Assembly: GCF_004010195.1 (NCBI RefSeq) | Contig: NC_057719.1 | Location: forward strand, 50,262,302 to 50,326,301 | Source: Chiloscyllium plagiosum | Lineage: Eukaryota | DNA: 64,000 bases | Direction of reading: 5' to 3' | Shown here: piece by piece, positions 12,585 through 24,295 of the stretch | Layout of the letters: every line of letters begins with the position of its first letter | Position numbering within the stretch: the stretch's first letter is position 1 | Translations under genes and position numbers: made by a program | The notes under the pieces: model-generated | Seen by the model: the letters and a program-made list of their open reading frames with translations, nothing else | Databases searched by the model: none | What the model was told of the DNA's origin: nothing

Positions 12585-13233
12585 TAGATTAGATTAGATT
12601 CCCTACAGTGTGGAAACAGACCCTTCAGCTCAACAAGTCCACACCGACCCTCCGAAGAGTAACCCATCCAGACCCATTTCTCTCTGACTAATGCACCTAA
12701 CACTATGGGCAATTTAGAATGGCCAATTCACCTAACCGCATCTTTGGACTGTGAGAGGAAACTGGAACACGCAGAGGAAACCCACTTGGACACTGGGAGA
12801 ATGTGCAAACTCTACCCAGACAGTTGCCCGAGGTTGGAATTGAACTGGTTCCCTAGTACTGTGAGTTGAAAAATGTGGTGCTGGAAAAACACATCAGGCC
12901 AGGCAGCATCTGAGGAGCAGGAGAATCGACATTTTTGGCTTAAGCCCTTCAGCCTCTCCCTTTAGCTCCAACCCTGGCAACATCTTTGTCAATCTTTTCT
13001 GAACTCTTTCAAGTTTCACAATATCCTTCCTACAGGAGGGAAACCAGAATTGCACATAGTATTCCAAAAGTGGCCTAAGCTTATACCCGAAACGTCGATT
13101 CTCCTGCTCCTCAGATGCTGCCTGGCCTGCTGTGTTTTTCCAGCACCACATTTTTCAACTCTGGTCTCCAGCATCTGCAGTTCTCACTTTCTCCTCCCTG
13201 GTGCTGTGAGGCAGCAGTGCTAACCATTGAGCC
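12585..13233 (-). mobile_element. HE1 V-SINE, split by the PLE insertion at 12866-13194
   Basis: (tagat)n tail at 12585, V-domain at ~12740-12815, head resumes at 13195 (ccctggtgctgtgaggcagcagtgctaacca). Confidence 0.9.
12866..13194. mobile_element. Penelope-like fold-back element, family A, with captured spacer
   Basis: Arms ~12863-12945 and ~13078-13161, tail to 13194. 16-bp TSD tccctagtactgtgag / tccctggtgctgtgag (12850-12865, 13195-13210). Confidence 0.9.
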
Positions 13234-13599
13234 AGAATATGTTGGGGCTATTTTCCTTGAAGTGTCAGGCTGAGAAATGACCTTACAGAAGTTTATATAA
13301 TCATGAGGGACATAGGGTGAATGGCCACCTTCTTTTCCCCATGGTAGGGGAGTGTAAAACTAGAGGGCATAGGTTTAAGGCGAGAGGGGAAAGATTTGAA
13401 AGAAACCTAAGGGAGAATGTTTTCATGCAGAGGATGGTGTATGCATGAATGAGCCAGAGGAAATGTGTGGAGGCTGGTACAATTGCAACATTTAAAAGGC
13501 ATCTGGATGGGTGTATGAATAGGAAGGATTTGCAGGGATATGGGCCAAATGCTGGCAAATGGGACTAGATTAATTTAAGATGCAGTTGGTTCTGCTATA

Positions 13600-13830
13600 C
13601 AGAGGAACCTCTATTATCCGAATGAGACAGGATAATTGATTATTGGGTTAATTGATTCAATGCTTCTCCTCTGGGGCTCGGAACTTTCCTTATTTCTTGC
13701 TTTGCCTGCCTTGCTCCCGCTCTCTGTCTGTGTTTGTTTCTGAGCAGATGCGCACTTGGGTGTAAGGGACCTACAGCATTGCTGAAAATAACATTTCTCC
13801 TGGAGTGTTGGGTCGAATGCAAAAGCAACT
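13600..13830 (+). mobile_element. Tigger/pogo-like DNA transposon end fragment
   Basis: TA followed by cagaggaacctctattatccgaa, a pogo-type TIR. Right end not found. Confidence 0.45.
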
Positions 13831-13899
13831 AGTATTGAATTTTAAATTTCTTCACTATCCTTGCCATCTGAGAAGACAGCAACACTGAATATCTTTGAC

Positions 13900-14250
13900 T
13901 TTTTATTCTTTCATGGAGTGTGGGCATTACTGGCTAGGCCAGCATTTATTGCCCATCACAAATTGCCCAGAGGGCAGTTTAAGAGTCAACCACATTGCTC
14001 TGGGTCACATGTAGCCCTGACCAGGTAAGGATGGCAGTTTCCTTCCCTAAAGGACATTGTGAACCAAGTGGGTTTTCCTGCCAATCGGCAATGGTTTCAT
14101 TGTTATCATTAGACTCCTAATTTCAGATTTTTATTGAATTCAAATTCCACCTCAGTAGGTGGTCGAATTTAAACATCGGTTCCCAGGACATTATCTGGGT
14201 TTCTGGATGAATCGTCTAGTGATAATACCATGAAGTCATCACTTCCCCTA
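13900..14250 (-). mobile_element. tRNA-derived SINE, family B
   Basis: Reverse complement of the 2014-2375 element (ggccagcatttattgccca, ttccctaaaggacatt, tctagtgataatacca). Confidence 0.8.
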
Positions 14251-17200
14251 GAAGGTGTAAAACTCCACATCACATTTCTGATGCGATGTTGATGCATTAC
14301 TGTACAATATTACTGAGTTGTTTGCAAAGGTTCAGTGAGTTGCCAGAGACACAATCATTTGTGAATTGAATTTGCATATACATTAGGCTACCTTGCATGT
14401 CAGATGATGTGTTATCTAAACGTCAAAATTGGCACACAGACATACATTTACAGGGCAGAAAGAGGCCGTTCAACCCATTGTGGCCATGCTGGCATATGAA
14501 AAGCTATCCAAGCTCATCCCATCTTGCAGTTCTTGCCACCCTACATGCATGTGTATGTATTTGGTGTTATTGAGGGGGATCCAGGTGAAATTGTGGTATT
14601 CAGGAAGCTCTCGTACTTGAATGTAGGTGGTTAATATGCCATACATTAAGCAATTCAGAAAGGAAACAATACATTAACTGTTATGACAAAGGATGTGGAA
14701 TACAGGAGTAAGGAAGCCTTTCTGTTTCGGTCCTTGGTGAGACCACACCTGAAGTGTAAAATTTTAGACTGTTTAATAAAGAGGAATATGTTTTCTTCAA
14801 AGGAAGTGCAAGAGAGGTCTAATCCTGATGCCCAATGGCAAGGGATTGTCTCTCAATGCAGCATATAATATTTTAGGGGTGATGTATGTGCTGGGAAGAC
14901 CTTTTCGCTGGTTTGGGACTGAAGGACTAGGGTTCATAATCTCACAATAAGGAGTTGTCTGTGTCAGACTGAAATACGAAATTGCTCCACTTAAAAGTTG
15001 TGAAACTTTGGAATTTTTTATCTCCGAGCATTCAGTCAAAAAATATGGGCTTCATGTGGGAAATGGAGGTGAATGATCTTTGAATAGTGGAACAGGCTTG
15101 TTTTCTTTTGGAATATTGCTACAACATATAAAGTGTGTTTTTGCAGATGTGTAATCATCTTCAGTTGTGTAATCTAGTTTTCAATTACACAGAGCAATAA
15201 TTATTTAAAAAGCTAAGAATTCCATGGAGGAATGGCAAAATAGATCAGAAATTGTCAAGAGGTCAACCAACTGTTATCTTGACAGATAACATGGAGGGCT
15301 GATCATTGATTTACATTGGCAAGTAATGATTTGTGACAGTAGTTTTGAGATAGTTTAGTGTCTTAGAGTTGTCAAGCTGTCAATTCTGAGGCAAATGTTT
15401 GATGCGCCAGCTGGATTGGCCATTTCTAATTTTAGATTTTCTCATTTATTTAATCTTTAGTTCATGCGTATATTCAGCAACTCATGGCTGCAGAAGTCTG
15501 AAAGGATGATGTGCTAAAAATCCATTCACAGGCTTCACCTGGCATAATGTGAACAGTTGGCATGACACCAGGGATGAATCTCTGTGTAGATGTTAAATAT
15601 GCAAGTGATTGTTTGACTTGGATGACTGCTGTCATCATTTTAACTGTTCCTCGTGTTTCACTTATGCAAGTGGCCACACCTTCCTTGTCTTCTCCTCAAA
15701 TGATTGTGTTGTACAGACTTTGATGGAAGGTTGAAACGTGGAACTCCCCACTTGGTGGTGATCATACTTAACTGAAGCTTTGGTACTCACCTGGAAAGCA
15801 AGTATAGCTCATTGATGCTAAACAGTCATACACTGAAAGCATAAAATCTCTGCGTTTGAAGGATTCTTTATGCATGCAATTTCAAAAAATGCAAGTTGTT
15901 GATTTGCTCATAATTAGAAGAAATTTAAAAGAAATCTAACAACGTATCTGTAATGTAAGTTCAATGTACAATAAAAGCCTTCAGTATGTAATAAGAAGGG
16001 ACTTGTGGGCGTTTTGCATTCAGGTAAATTAAATGTAGAATGGAAAGGCAGAGATTCATTCTTTTTAAAAAGCAGACTGAGAAAATGGTAAATGTTTACA
16101 TTTGCAACAACCTAGGCATGCTAGAAAACTTGGAGTCAATATGTAGGCATAACAGGCAATTAAGAACGCAAATTGCATGTGAGTCTTTATTGCAAGAGTC
16201 AGTGAGATAAGACCTTCAGCTGTATCGTGAGAAGAAATTTTTTTGAAGGGCTGTTCTTAACATTTTCTCAGAATTACTTTTTTTGAGTTTCAAGAGCAAC
16301 CTTTTGGGTTTGAAAGTTCTCTTTCAGTCTAACTGATTAAACAATACAGTCATACAGTAATTCTGAGGTATTTGGACTTGAGCAAATATGCACAAAAGCA
16401 TTATTAGAAGAACTGATTAATATCCTTAATTATTGCTAACCCTCCATTAAAACAAAACTCTAACACAGACGAACGCATGCGTTTCTTATCCGCCATTATA
16501 TTTAAATTGGCAAATGCTAACAGGCATAAGTAAGCAACAAAGATTTTCTTTAGAATAACTATATACATTTTGGCATTTGACAAGCTGTCGCCCTGAGCAT
16601 GCCATCTACAAGTTACAGCTAATTTGTGTCCATTATATATGCTCAAAGCTGGTAGATCTTAACTGAGGGGTTACTACTCTGTCTACTGCATCTCAGATTT
16701 AAATTTAAAAGTTGACATACTGTTAATTACATCTCTTTTCCCCATTTATTAGTTTTTGAACACATGTAGCCTTAAGTGAGAAATTCCATTTTCATTTACG
16801 AGCAATATATTCCCTTGGTGATTTCAACTATTCCTTTGACAGGTTTAAAACTCATCTTTTTTTTTTATTGCTTCTTTTCAACTTTCCTCTCCCCACCTGC
16901 CAACTACCTCTCTCTCTCCACATCTTGCTAGTTCCTCCTTGACCTGCTGCAGCCTCCCACCGATTTTGGAGCTTTCCCCTCCCCTTGTTAATAAACATCA
17001 TTAAAGAAAGTGAATTTAGAAAAATGAATATTTAAGGTTTCAAACTTGGGTGACCCTGAAGATATGAAGCTAATGCCTTTTTAGCAACATTTTTCTTGCT
17101 AATTTTCTGGATTGCTCTTCTAGTATCATATGGATTTTCATATACATGGTGGGAAAAGCTGTCCTGAGAGCCAACATAATTAAAAAAGGGGGAGTTAAAA

Positions 17201-17358
17201 ATTCCTTAGCTGCTGAAATATTGACATTAGTAATATCCATTTAATTTTGTTGAAGGATTACCTTGTATATTTTCCAAAGGTTTATTTAAAGAGAAGAGTA
17301 ATCTGCGGTAGTGTCCTTATTTCTGATTTAGGAGGCCTGGATTCAAGACCCATCTCAT

Positions 17359-18560
17359 GGAGTCATCGAGATGTACAGCATGGAAACAGACCCTTTGGTC
17401 CAACTCATCCATGCCAACTGGATATCCTAACTTAACCTAGTCCCATTTACCAGTTCATGGCCCATATCACTCTAAACCCTTCCTATTCGTATGTCCATCC
17501 AGGTGCCTTTTAAATGTTGTAATTGTACCAGCCTCCACCAGTTCTTCTGGCAGCTCATTCCATACATGCACCATCCTCTGCGTGAAAGATTTTCCCCTTA
17601 GGTCCCTTTTATCTTTCCCCTCTCACCCTAAACCTACGCCCTCTAGTTCTGGACTCCCACATCCCAGGGGAAAGACTTTGTCTTTCTACCTATCCTTGCC
17701 CCTCATGATTTTATGAACCTCTATGAGGTCATCACCTCTCAGCCTCTGACGCTCCAGGGAAAACAACCCCAGCCTATTAAACCTCTCCCTATAGCTCAAA
17801 TCCTCCAACCCAGGCAACATTCTTGTAAATCTTTTCTGAACCCTTTCAGGTTTCACAGCATTCTTCCTATAGCAGTGAGACCAGAATTGCACACAGTATT
17901 CCAGAACCGGCCTAACCAATGTCCTCTACAGCTGCAACATGACCTCCCAACTTCTATACTCCATGCTCTGACTAATAAAGGAATGCATACCAAATGCCTC
18001 CTTCAGTATCCCATCTACCTGCTACTCAAACCTTCAAGGAACTATGCACCTGCCCTCCAAGGTCTCTCTTTTTCAGCAACACTCCCCGGACCTTACCATT
18101 ACGTCTGTAAGTCCTGCTCTGATTTGCTTTTCCAAAACGCAACACCTTGCATTTATCTAAATTAAATTCCATCTGCCACTCCTCAACCCATTGGCTCATC
18201 TGATCAAGATCCCATTGTAATCGAGGTAACCTTCCTCGCTATCCACTACACCTCCAATGTTGGTGTCATCTGCAAACTTATTAACGAAACCTCTTATGCT
18301 CACATCGGAATCATTTATATACATGATGAAAAGCAGTGGACCAGCACTGATCCTTGTGGCACAACACTGGTTCAGACCTCCAGCCTGAAAAGTAACCCTC
18401 CATCACCACACTGTCTTCTACCTTTGAGCCTTGCTAACCAGTCTACCATGAGGAACCTTGTCAGATGCCTTACTGAAGTCCGTATAGGCCACATCCACCG
18501 CTCTGCCCTCATCAATTCTCTTTGTGACTTCTTCAAAAAACTCAAATTAAGTTGGATGTG
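17359..18560 (-). mobile_element. CR1 LINE, 5'-truncated (RT C-half to 3' tail)
   Basis: [55 protein letters not shown] (ORF 17686-17919); FADDT at ~18260; tail gagtcatcgagatgtacagc. Confidence 0.92.
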
Positions 18561-18799
18561 AAATGTCATCTCTAAACAGATTGATTAGAGAATACCTAAA
18601 ACTGAAACAGGGTTATCATGGTTCAGAAGTAGGGACACTCTGAGGCTATGGTGCAAATGCCACCTGCTCTTGAAGTGCGTAAGAACATCTTTGAACAGTT
18701 TCATTAGAAATTCTGTTAAGCAGAATTAGCTGGGAGGATCTGTAGAAGGAACTATAAGTCTGAACAGTGATAACCTGCCCATAAAGGTATTTTAAGGTC

Positions 18800-20160
18800 T
18801 CTTAGAAACCTACAAGCCTATCCCATCTTCCTGTCAGGGTAATACGCATTCCAGAGTCAGTCTTGTAAACCTCCTGTGAACCAGTTCCACACATTTGCAT
18901 TATTTCTTAAATTGGGAGACTAAAATTGCATGTAATATTTGAGATGTGGCCTTGGCAATGTCAAGTTTAACTGAAGCATACAAAATAAGAGCAGAAGTAG
19001 ACTCTTTGAGCCTGTTCCACTATCTCGCCGTCCCATTGCTGATGTGTTTGTACTTTGAATTGCAAATTTTCATCTATCGCTGATGACCTTTGATTTTTTT
19101 GCCGAACAAGAATGCATCCTGCTATGAGGAAAAAAAAACTTCTTGCTGACCTAAAAGGGTGATCCCTAACTTTAAAACAGTGCTTTCTAGTTCTCGACTG
19201 ACCCACAAGCGGTTGTATTCCACTGCCATCCACCTTTTCAAAACCATTCAGGATATGTTGCAGTTTGACCAAGTCACCCCTCAGTCTTCTAAACTCCAGT
19301 GAAAACAAGCCCAGCCTTTCCAACCTTCCTGATACGACAACTCGCTCATCAAGGTGTGTCACTGTGGTCAACCCCCTCTGGAACACTTCCAGTGCATTTG
19401 CACCCTTTCTAAAATTCAGTAACCAAAGCTGTATGTAGTATTTGAGATGTACCCTCACTCATGCTCTGTTCAATTGAAACATTACATCCTTACTTTTCTG
19501 AACGCAAAGAGCTGCCGAAGCTGATAACCTAGAACAAAAATCAAGTGCTGGAGAAACATAGCAAGTTTGGAAACATCTAAAGTGATTAAAAATAGAGTTA
19601 GTGATTTGAGTCCAATGATGTGATGTAATAAAGGATTACATCCGTTTAGCATTCTTAGTTTAATGTATAACCGCTTACTGACATTTTGCACTAGAAACCC
19701 AAGATCTTTCCACACTTCAGAAATCTGCAGTTGTTCTCCATTTTTAATATTTTTTTAAAATTCTTCTTGCCAAAGTAAATTTCACATTTATATTCACATT
19801 TGCCAGATTTTGCCCACTCATTCAACCTCTTTTTATATTCATCTGCAACCAACTTATGTCTTCACAGAATAATTTCCCACTATTATGTGTTATTTGTGAA
19901 TATAGCCGCCATGCCTTTAAATTAAGTCATTGATGAAATTGTCCAAAATTGAGGTCACAGCATGGATCCCTGCAGAATTCCACTTGTCATAGACTACCAA
20001 GTGGGGAAAGATCCATTTGTGGATACAATTTGTTTTCTACCACCTAACCCGTTGTCTGTCCATGCTAACATCTTACTCCCTCTGCCATGAGTTTTTATTT
20101 TCTGCAGTGAAGTTTGATGTGGCCCTCCAGCAAATGATTTTCAGAGCTTCACCTCATTGT
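18800..20160 (-). mobile_element. Older CR1 fragments
   Basis: HLKYYIQLW...LERLGLFSLEFRRLRGDL (ORF 18967-19458); decayed RT motifs up to ~20150. Confidence 0.75.
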
Positions 20161-20502
20161 CTGACAATTTTTACCACGAGAGTGACTTCCTCTGGTCATA
20201 GTTGAATTTTCCTGCAATTTCGAAATTTTCTGGCGGTGAATTTACACACAGCGCCCATGAATTTTGAGAACTGAGTGCTGATAGTTTTGGTGGACTTAGC
20301 ACAGTCCATTTCATTCGTTGATGTCTTTACAAGATAAATTCTCAGAGGCTGATGTTTTTCCCATCTGGAGGGTTTATGATTGTAGTGTTGGGATAGAGAG
20401 TTGGCCATTTCAAATTTGAGCTGAGGAATAAATATTGTCTGAACTGGTTGTAAACCTTTGGAATTGTTTACCCTTGAAGGTTGTGGTAATTGGATGTTTA
20501 GA

Positions 20503-20587
20503 GCTGGAAATGTGTTGCTGGAAAAGCGCAGCAGGTCAGGCAGCATCCAGGGAACAGGAGAATCGACGTTTCGGGCATAAGCCCTTC
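20503..20587 (-). mobile_element. Single-arm PLE family A insertion
   Basis: 85-bp arm closely matching the left arms at 11488 and 60464; exact 16-bp TSD taattggatgtttaga (20487-20502, 20588-20603). Confidence 0.9.
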
Positions 20588-20679
20588 TAATTGGATGTTT
20601 AGACATTGAGGAAATTGAGCGAAATGAGGGTGTTGCAGGAATGTGAAGTTCTGAATGATGGCTTCGTCTTCTGTTTTGA

Positions 20680-21305
20680 AAAGCCATTACAGCCAGACTA
20701 CTAAGACCCCTCTGAATCCTAGTAGCACACAAACCCACAAACACACTCAAACAAAAACTAACAAACTTAAAAGACCCAGTACAACCCATGGACAAAACCA
20801 ATGTCATCTACAAAATTCCATGCAAGGACTGCCACAAACACTACGTAGGACAAACAGGGAGAAAGTTAGCCACCAGGATACATGAACACCAGCTAGCCAC
20901 AAAAAGACACGACCCTCTCTCTCCCTCGTAGCCCTACACACGGATTTAAAAAAACACCATTTCGACTGGGACAACACATCTATCCTGGGACAGGCTAAGC
21001 AAAGACATGCCAGAGAATTCCTAGAGGCCTGGCACTCCAACCACAACGCCATAAACAAACACACAGATTGTGATGCCATCTATCAACCCCTCAGAAAATG
21101 AACAGGAAATGATATCGCCACAAACCCCAGAAACCCCATCCAGGACAAACATATAAATAGAAAGCAGGAGACAACAGCTTCGCTTCACTTGGAGGTCGCC
21201 ACTGATGATGTTACCTAGCCAGGTAATGAAACGACTGGATATCAAACCTACAGCACAGCGAGCAAACCTACACCCTAAACCTCAAACTGAGCTACAAACC
21301 TTGCA
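20680..21305 (+). mobile_element. Penelope-like retroelement 3' part: GIY-YIG endonuclease pseudogene plus pLTR
   Basis: Manual translation: ...HKPTNTLKQKLTNLKDPVQPMDKTNVIYKIPCKDCHKHYVGQTGRKLATRIHEH...(+2 frameshift at ~20915)...HHFDWDNTSILGQAKQRHAREFLEAWHSNHNAIN. VIY/YVG motif with CxxC, catalytic R and E; hammerhead motif directly downstream. Confidence 0.92.
21199..21238 (+). ncRNA. Minimal hammerhead motif (PLE family C), cleavage triplet mutated
   Basis: CCA-CTGATGA-T-GTTACCT-agcc-AGGTAAT-GAAA-C-GAC-TGG. GAC replaces the GTC seen in the related copy at 62411-62413. Confidence 0.7.
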
Positions 21306-22569
21306 ATTACTAGTAATGTTGCTTGTCTTCATGTATAGTGGTTTTCACCAAAAAACATTAATTCTATTGTGTCTCGAATAGGAACCTTGTAAGTGTAGGA
21401 TGAAAAATACGATCAGTTTGTTTCTGCATTCTGAGATGAAGTATTTTATTTCCATATTACACCAAATTGTGCTGAATTTGAGTGTCTTTTGAACTTAACA
21501 GTTTAATTGGGATTGATATGGGGTTTTTTCAAGATCCTAACTAAATTCAACTTCACAACCTGGTTACAAAGCATTTATTTAATGCTGTACTGTAGTTTTA
21601 AATATTCTTAAATTTTGTTTAAAACGTACATTTAGGCTGTGTGCAATCTAGAGTGCATCACATAGTCAACATTTGATGGTTGCCATTGTTATCTTAGTCA
21701 TGAGATATGTTGCTGTGTAACACCTATCAGTGATGTATTCCGTAAAATGTGTGAAAAAGAGACCCTTCGAGTTTCACTATCTGTTTCTCAAGGGTCGAAG
21801 ATGACAGATTATTTGTATTGTATGATTTAGTCACGTGCAGGCTGGATATAATTTGCTGTCTATTATAAATAAGAATTTGCATTAATGTAGAATGAAGTTC
21901 ATAAGAAAAGGAATATTGCAGTACCTGAGCTAGCTTTTTTCCTGAACATAAAAGCAACAAATTTATCAAAAACTTCTAAACGATCATTGTATACATTATG
22001 CTGCCCTGTAAATTGTTTGCAGTTCTGTTGCATGTAAGAGACACTAAAAATGGCACTCGAGCAGTCGTGAACTCCAAAGGCTTGAAAATGGAGTATTTTA
22101 GGATATTGCTTGTGAGATTAGTATTTGATGACAAAGCTGTGGAGCAGGAGTGCTAAACTATATTGTCAGTAGTGTACTGTTTTGCTTGCCTCAAAATATG
22201 ATTTCAATTTTAATGTTCACAAATCACTGACTAGGATTGCATCTTTGACATGAAAGTTTAAAAACACATGATACTAAACGTTCTGGTCAGTTACTTGATC
22301 ATTTGACATCTTATAAAAGTTTGTTTCTAACCAGTTACAGATCTGCAACAATACAATTCCAAAGTGGTTATAGCATTAATACTTGGAGAAGATATGATTA
22401 CCTTATGATGTGAGTTAATTCTCTGGATCATAACTCAAGTGTAGGAGAGTAAGTAGTGGATGCAGTACCCACTCTTCCCTCTTTATCTTGTTCTCTCCTG
22501 AAAGGATGGTTGGTCAAGCTCCCTGTAATTCATCAGCTCCGTATACCTTGCATGATAAATCATTAGATG

Positions 22570-22985
22570 TTTACAGTGGTTCACTGAATACCCCTCTTGC
22601 TTCTGAGCCAGAAAATTGCAGGTCCACATTCCTGCTCTCGAATCTCAGTGCAAAATTCAATATTGATACTCACTACATGGGGGTTGTTGCATTGTTTGAG
22701 GGGCCACATTTTGCAGAAGACTTTAAAGCATACCACCTGTTTATCTGCTATTGGTGGACATAAGACATTCAACAGCACTATTTCGAAGAAGAATGGTGCG
22801 TGTCTTTGGTACCTAGATTAATGTCTAAATCTTGATGAGAGCTAGCAATAAATATAATATGAGCACGAGGCATTGCTCTTATTGGAGCTTTCTACATACA
22901 AATTGGTTGCCACGTTTCCTACATTGCACAACTTAGTACCGTTCAAAAGTATTTCATTGCCTGGAAAATGTTTTTGAGACATTTA
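22570..22985 (+). mobile_element. Ancient Deu-domain SINE (SacSINE1-like)
   Basis: cttgcttctgagccagaaaattgcaggtcca head, gcactatttcgaagaaga, aaattggttgccacgtttcctacatt; similar to 38910-39250. Confidence 0.55.
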
Positions 22986-23447
22986 TTTACCATCAAAGGC
23001 ATGATAACATTCAACTGGTCCTCCTCTTTTATGAATCTGGCTATAAGTGTCAGCCTGTGATTTATGCTTTTGATTGCTTCTGTGAAACTGTTACTGCATG
23101 AAGGTAGATTGAGCCAGATTTAGTTTAAACATTTAGGACATTGTGCTTTTTTTTTTGTAGACTGGAGATGGTTAAACTGGTTACCTAACATGGTGTGCCT
23201 GAGTGCCAAAAGATCTCTTTTGTTTGACTGCTATCTAATAGTACTGTGCTAATAAAACCACGGAAATCTTGTTTGGATGATAGAATACTGCCTATTTGTT
23301 GGTTATTCAGCTGGTATACGGGTGTTAGAGGATAAAGGCATGAATATACACGCTCGCTTAAAATGTCCTTACACTAGACTTCCAGTAACAGATTTTGTCT
23401 GTCAGAGGGCATTTCAAATTCTGTTTTCACTCTTGAATTAAAGGATG

Positions 23448-23536
23448 ATGTAGAGGTGCTGGTGTTGGACTGGGGTGGACTAAGTTAAAAATCACACAAC
23501 ACCAGGTTATTGTCCAACAGGTTTAGTTGGAAGTAT
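23448..23536 (-). mobile_element. PLE family B terminal fragment
   Basis: Same sequence as 7747-7835; exact 12-bp TSD aattaaaggatg (23436-23447, 23537-23548). Confidence 0.85.
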
Positions 23537-23990
23537 AATTAAAGGATGGCTAAGTCATTTTATTTTTCTGCAATTACAGCAGGAAATGCTGGTTTCTTAA
23601 TTTCATCTTCCAGTTCTTCAAGCTTGGGCAATACTGAAAACAATTATTAAGCATCCTTCACTTTTATCTCTTCTTTTAGTTATGTCAAAACAAAGACCAG
23701 ACTAGGACCTTTTTATGGCTTAGTTCCACATCTATCAATTTATTGCTCTGTGGATTTGGGTGGAAACCACTATTTCAGAGCCAGTAATATTTAGCAGACT
23801 TGGCAACATTTGATGAAGAGAGAAACAAATTTAATGTTTTAACTTGAGTATGAATTTTTGCCTTTGTTCTGAAGTTCCATTTTAGGCCAATTTTGGATTT
23901 TCCATGTAAGACTTCGTTCGAACTCTTTTGAATTGATTTTTAATTCTTGATTGTTTTCTAACTTTGATATATTATTTTTCTGATTTACAG

Positions 23991-24101
23991 GCAGCTGATG
24001 AGCCTGCCTATCTCACAGTGGGAACGGATGTTAGTGCCAAGTACCGTGGTGCCTTCTGCGAGGCAAAAATTAAGACCGTGAAGCGATTGGTAAAGGTCAA
24101 G
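23991..24101 (+). CDS. ARID4A: ARID4A coding exon (111 nt, phase 0/0): [37 protein letters not shown]
   Basis: Acceptor tttttctgatttacag| and donor |gtatgt. Translation matches the vertebrate ARID4A N-terminus after MK (AADEPAY and KTVKR, where ARID4B has ALDEPPY and KTAKR). Confidence 0.96.
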
Positions 24102-24229
24102 GTATGTTGTTTGCTGTTCACCAGAAATCTATAACTTTATTCAGTTATGTTTGGCTTTTAGTTCTACTATGATGCCTCATTGAATTTTCAGAATGTCTAA
24201 GCCTGTTTTATAATTTTTATATTGCCTAG

Positions 24230-24295
24230 GTGATCTTTAAGCATGACAGTTCTACACATGTTGTCCAGGATGACCAAGTAAAAGGCCCATTAAGG
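24230..24295 (+). CDS. ARID4A: ARID4A coding exon (66 nt): VIFKHDSSTHVVQDDQVKGPLR
   Basis: attgcctag| ... |gtatgt, in frame after a 128-bp intron. QDDQVKGPLR is as in ARID4A. Confidence 0.95.

Larger units (their letters stand above)
12295..13585 (+). mobile_element. CR1 LINE 3' part, interrupted at 12585-13234 by nested insertions
   Basis: VQFWFPSCRKDIVKLERVQKRLTKMLPGLE (ORF 12348). Resumes at ~13235 with ggggctattttccttg and runs to the CR1 3' UTR. Confidence 0.9.

Noticed and set aside
20196..20807. 203-aa minus-strand ORF
   Set aside because: Runs across an antisense PLE, a TSD-bounded insert and intron DNA; chance open frame.
23054..23103. Candidate ARID4A start exon ending ATG AAG|gtagat
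   Set aside because: It fits the expected MK phase-0 ending, but the donor, acceptor and Kozak context are weak and there is no CpG-island promoter in the window. The real exon is more likely upstream; not excluded.
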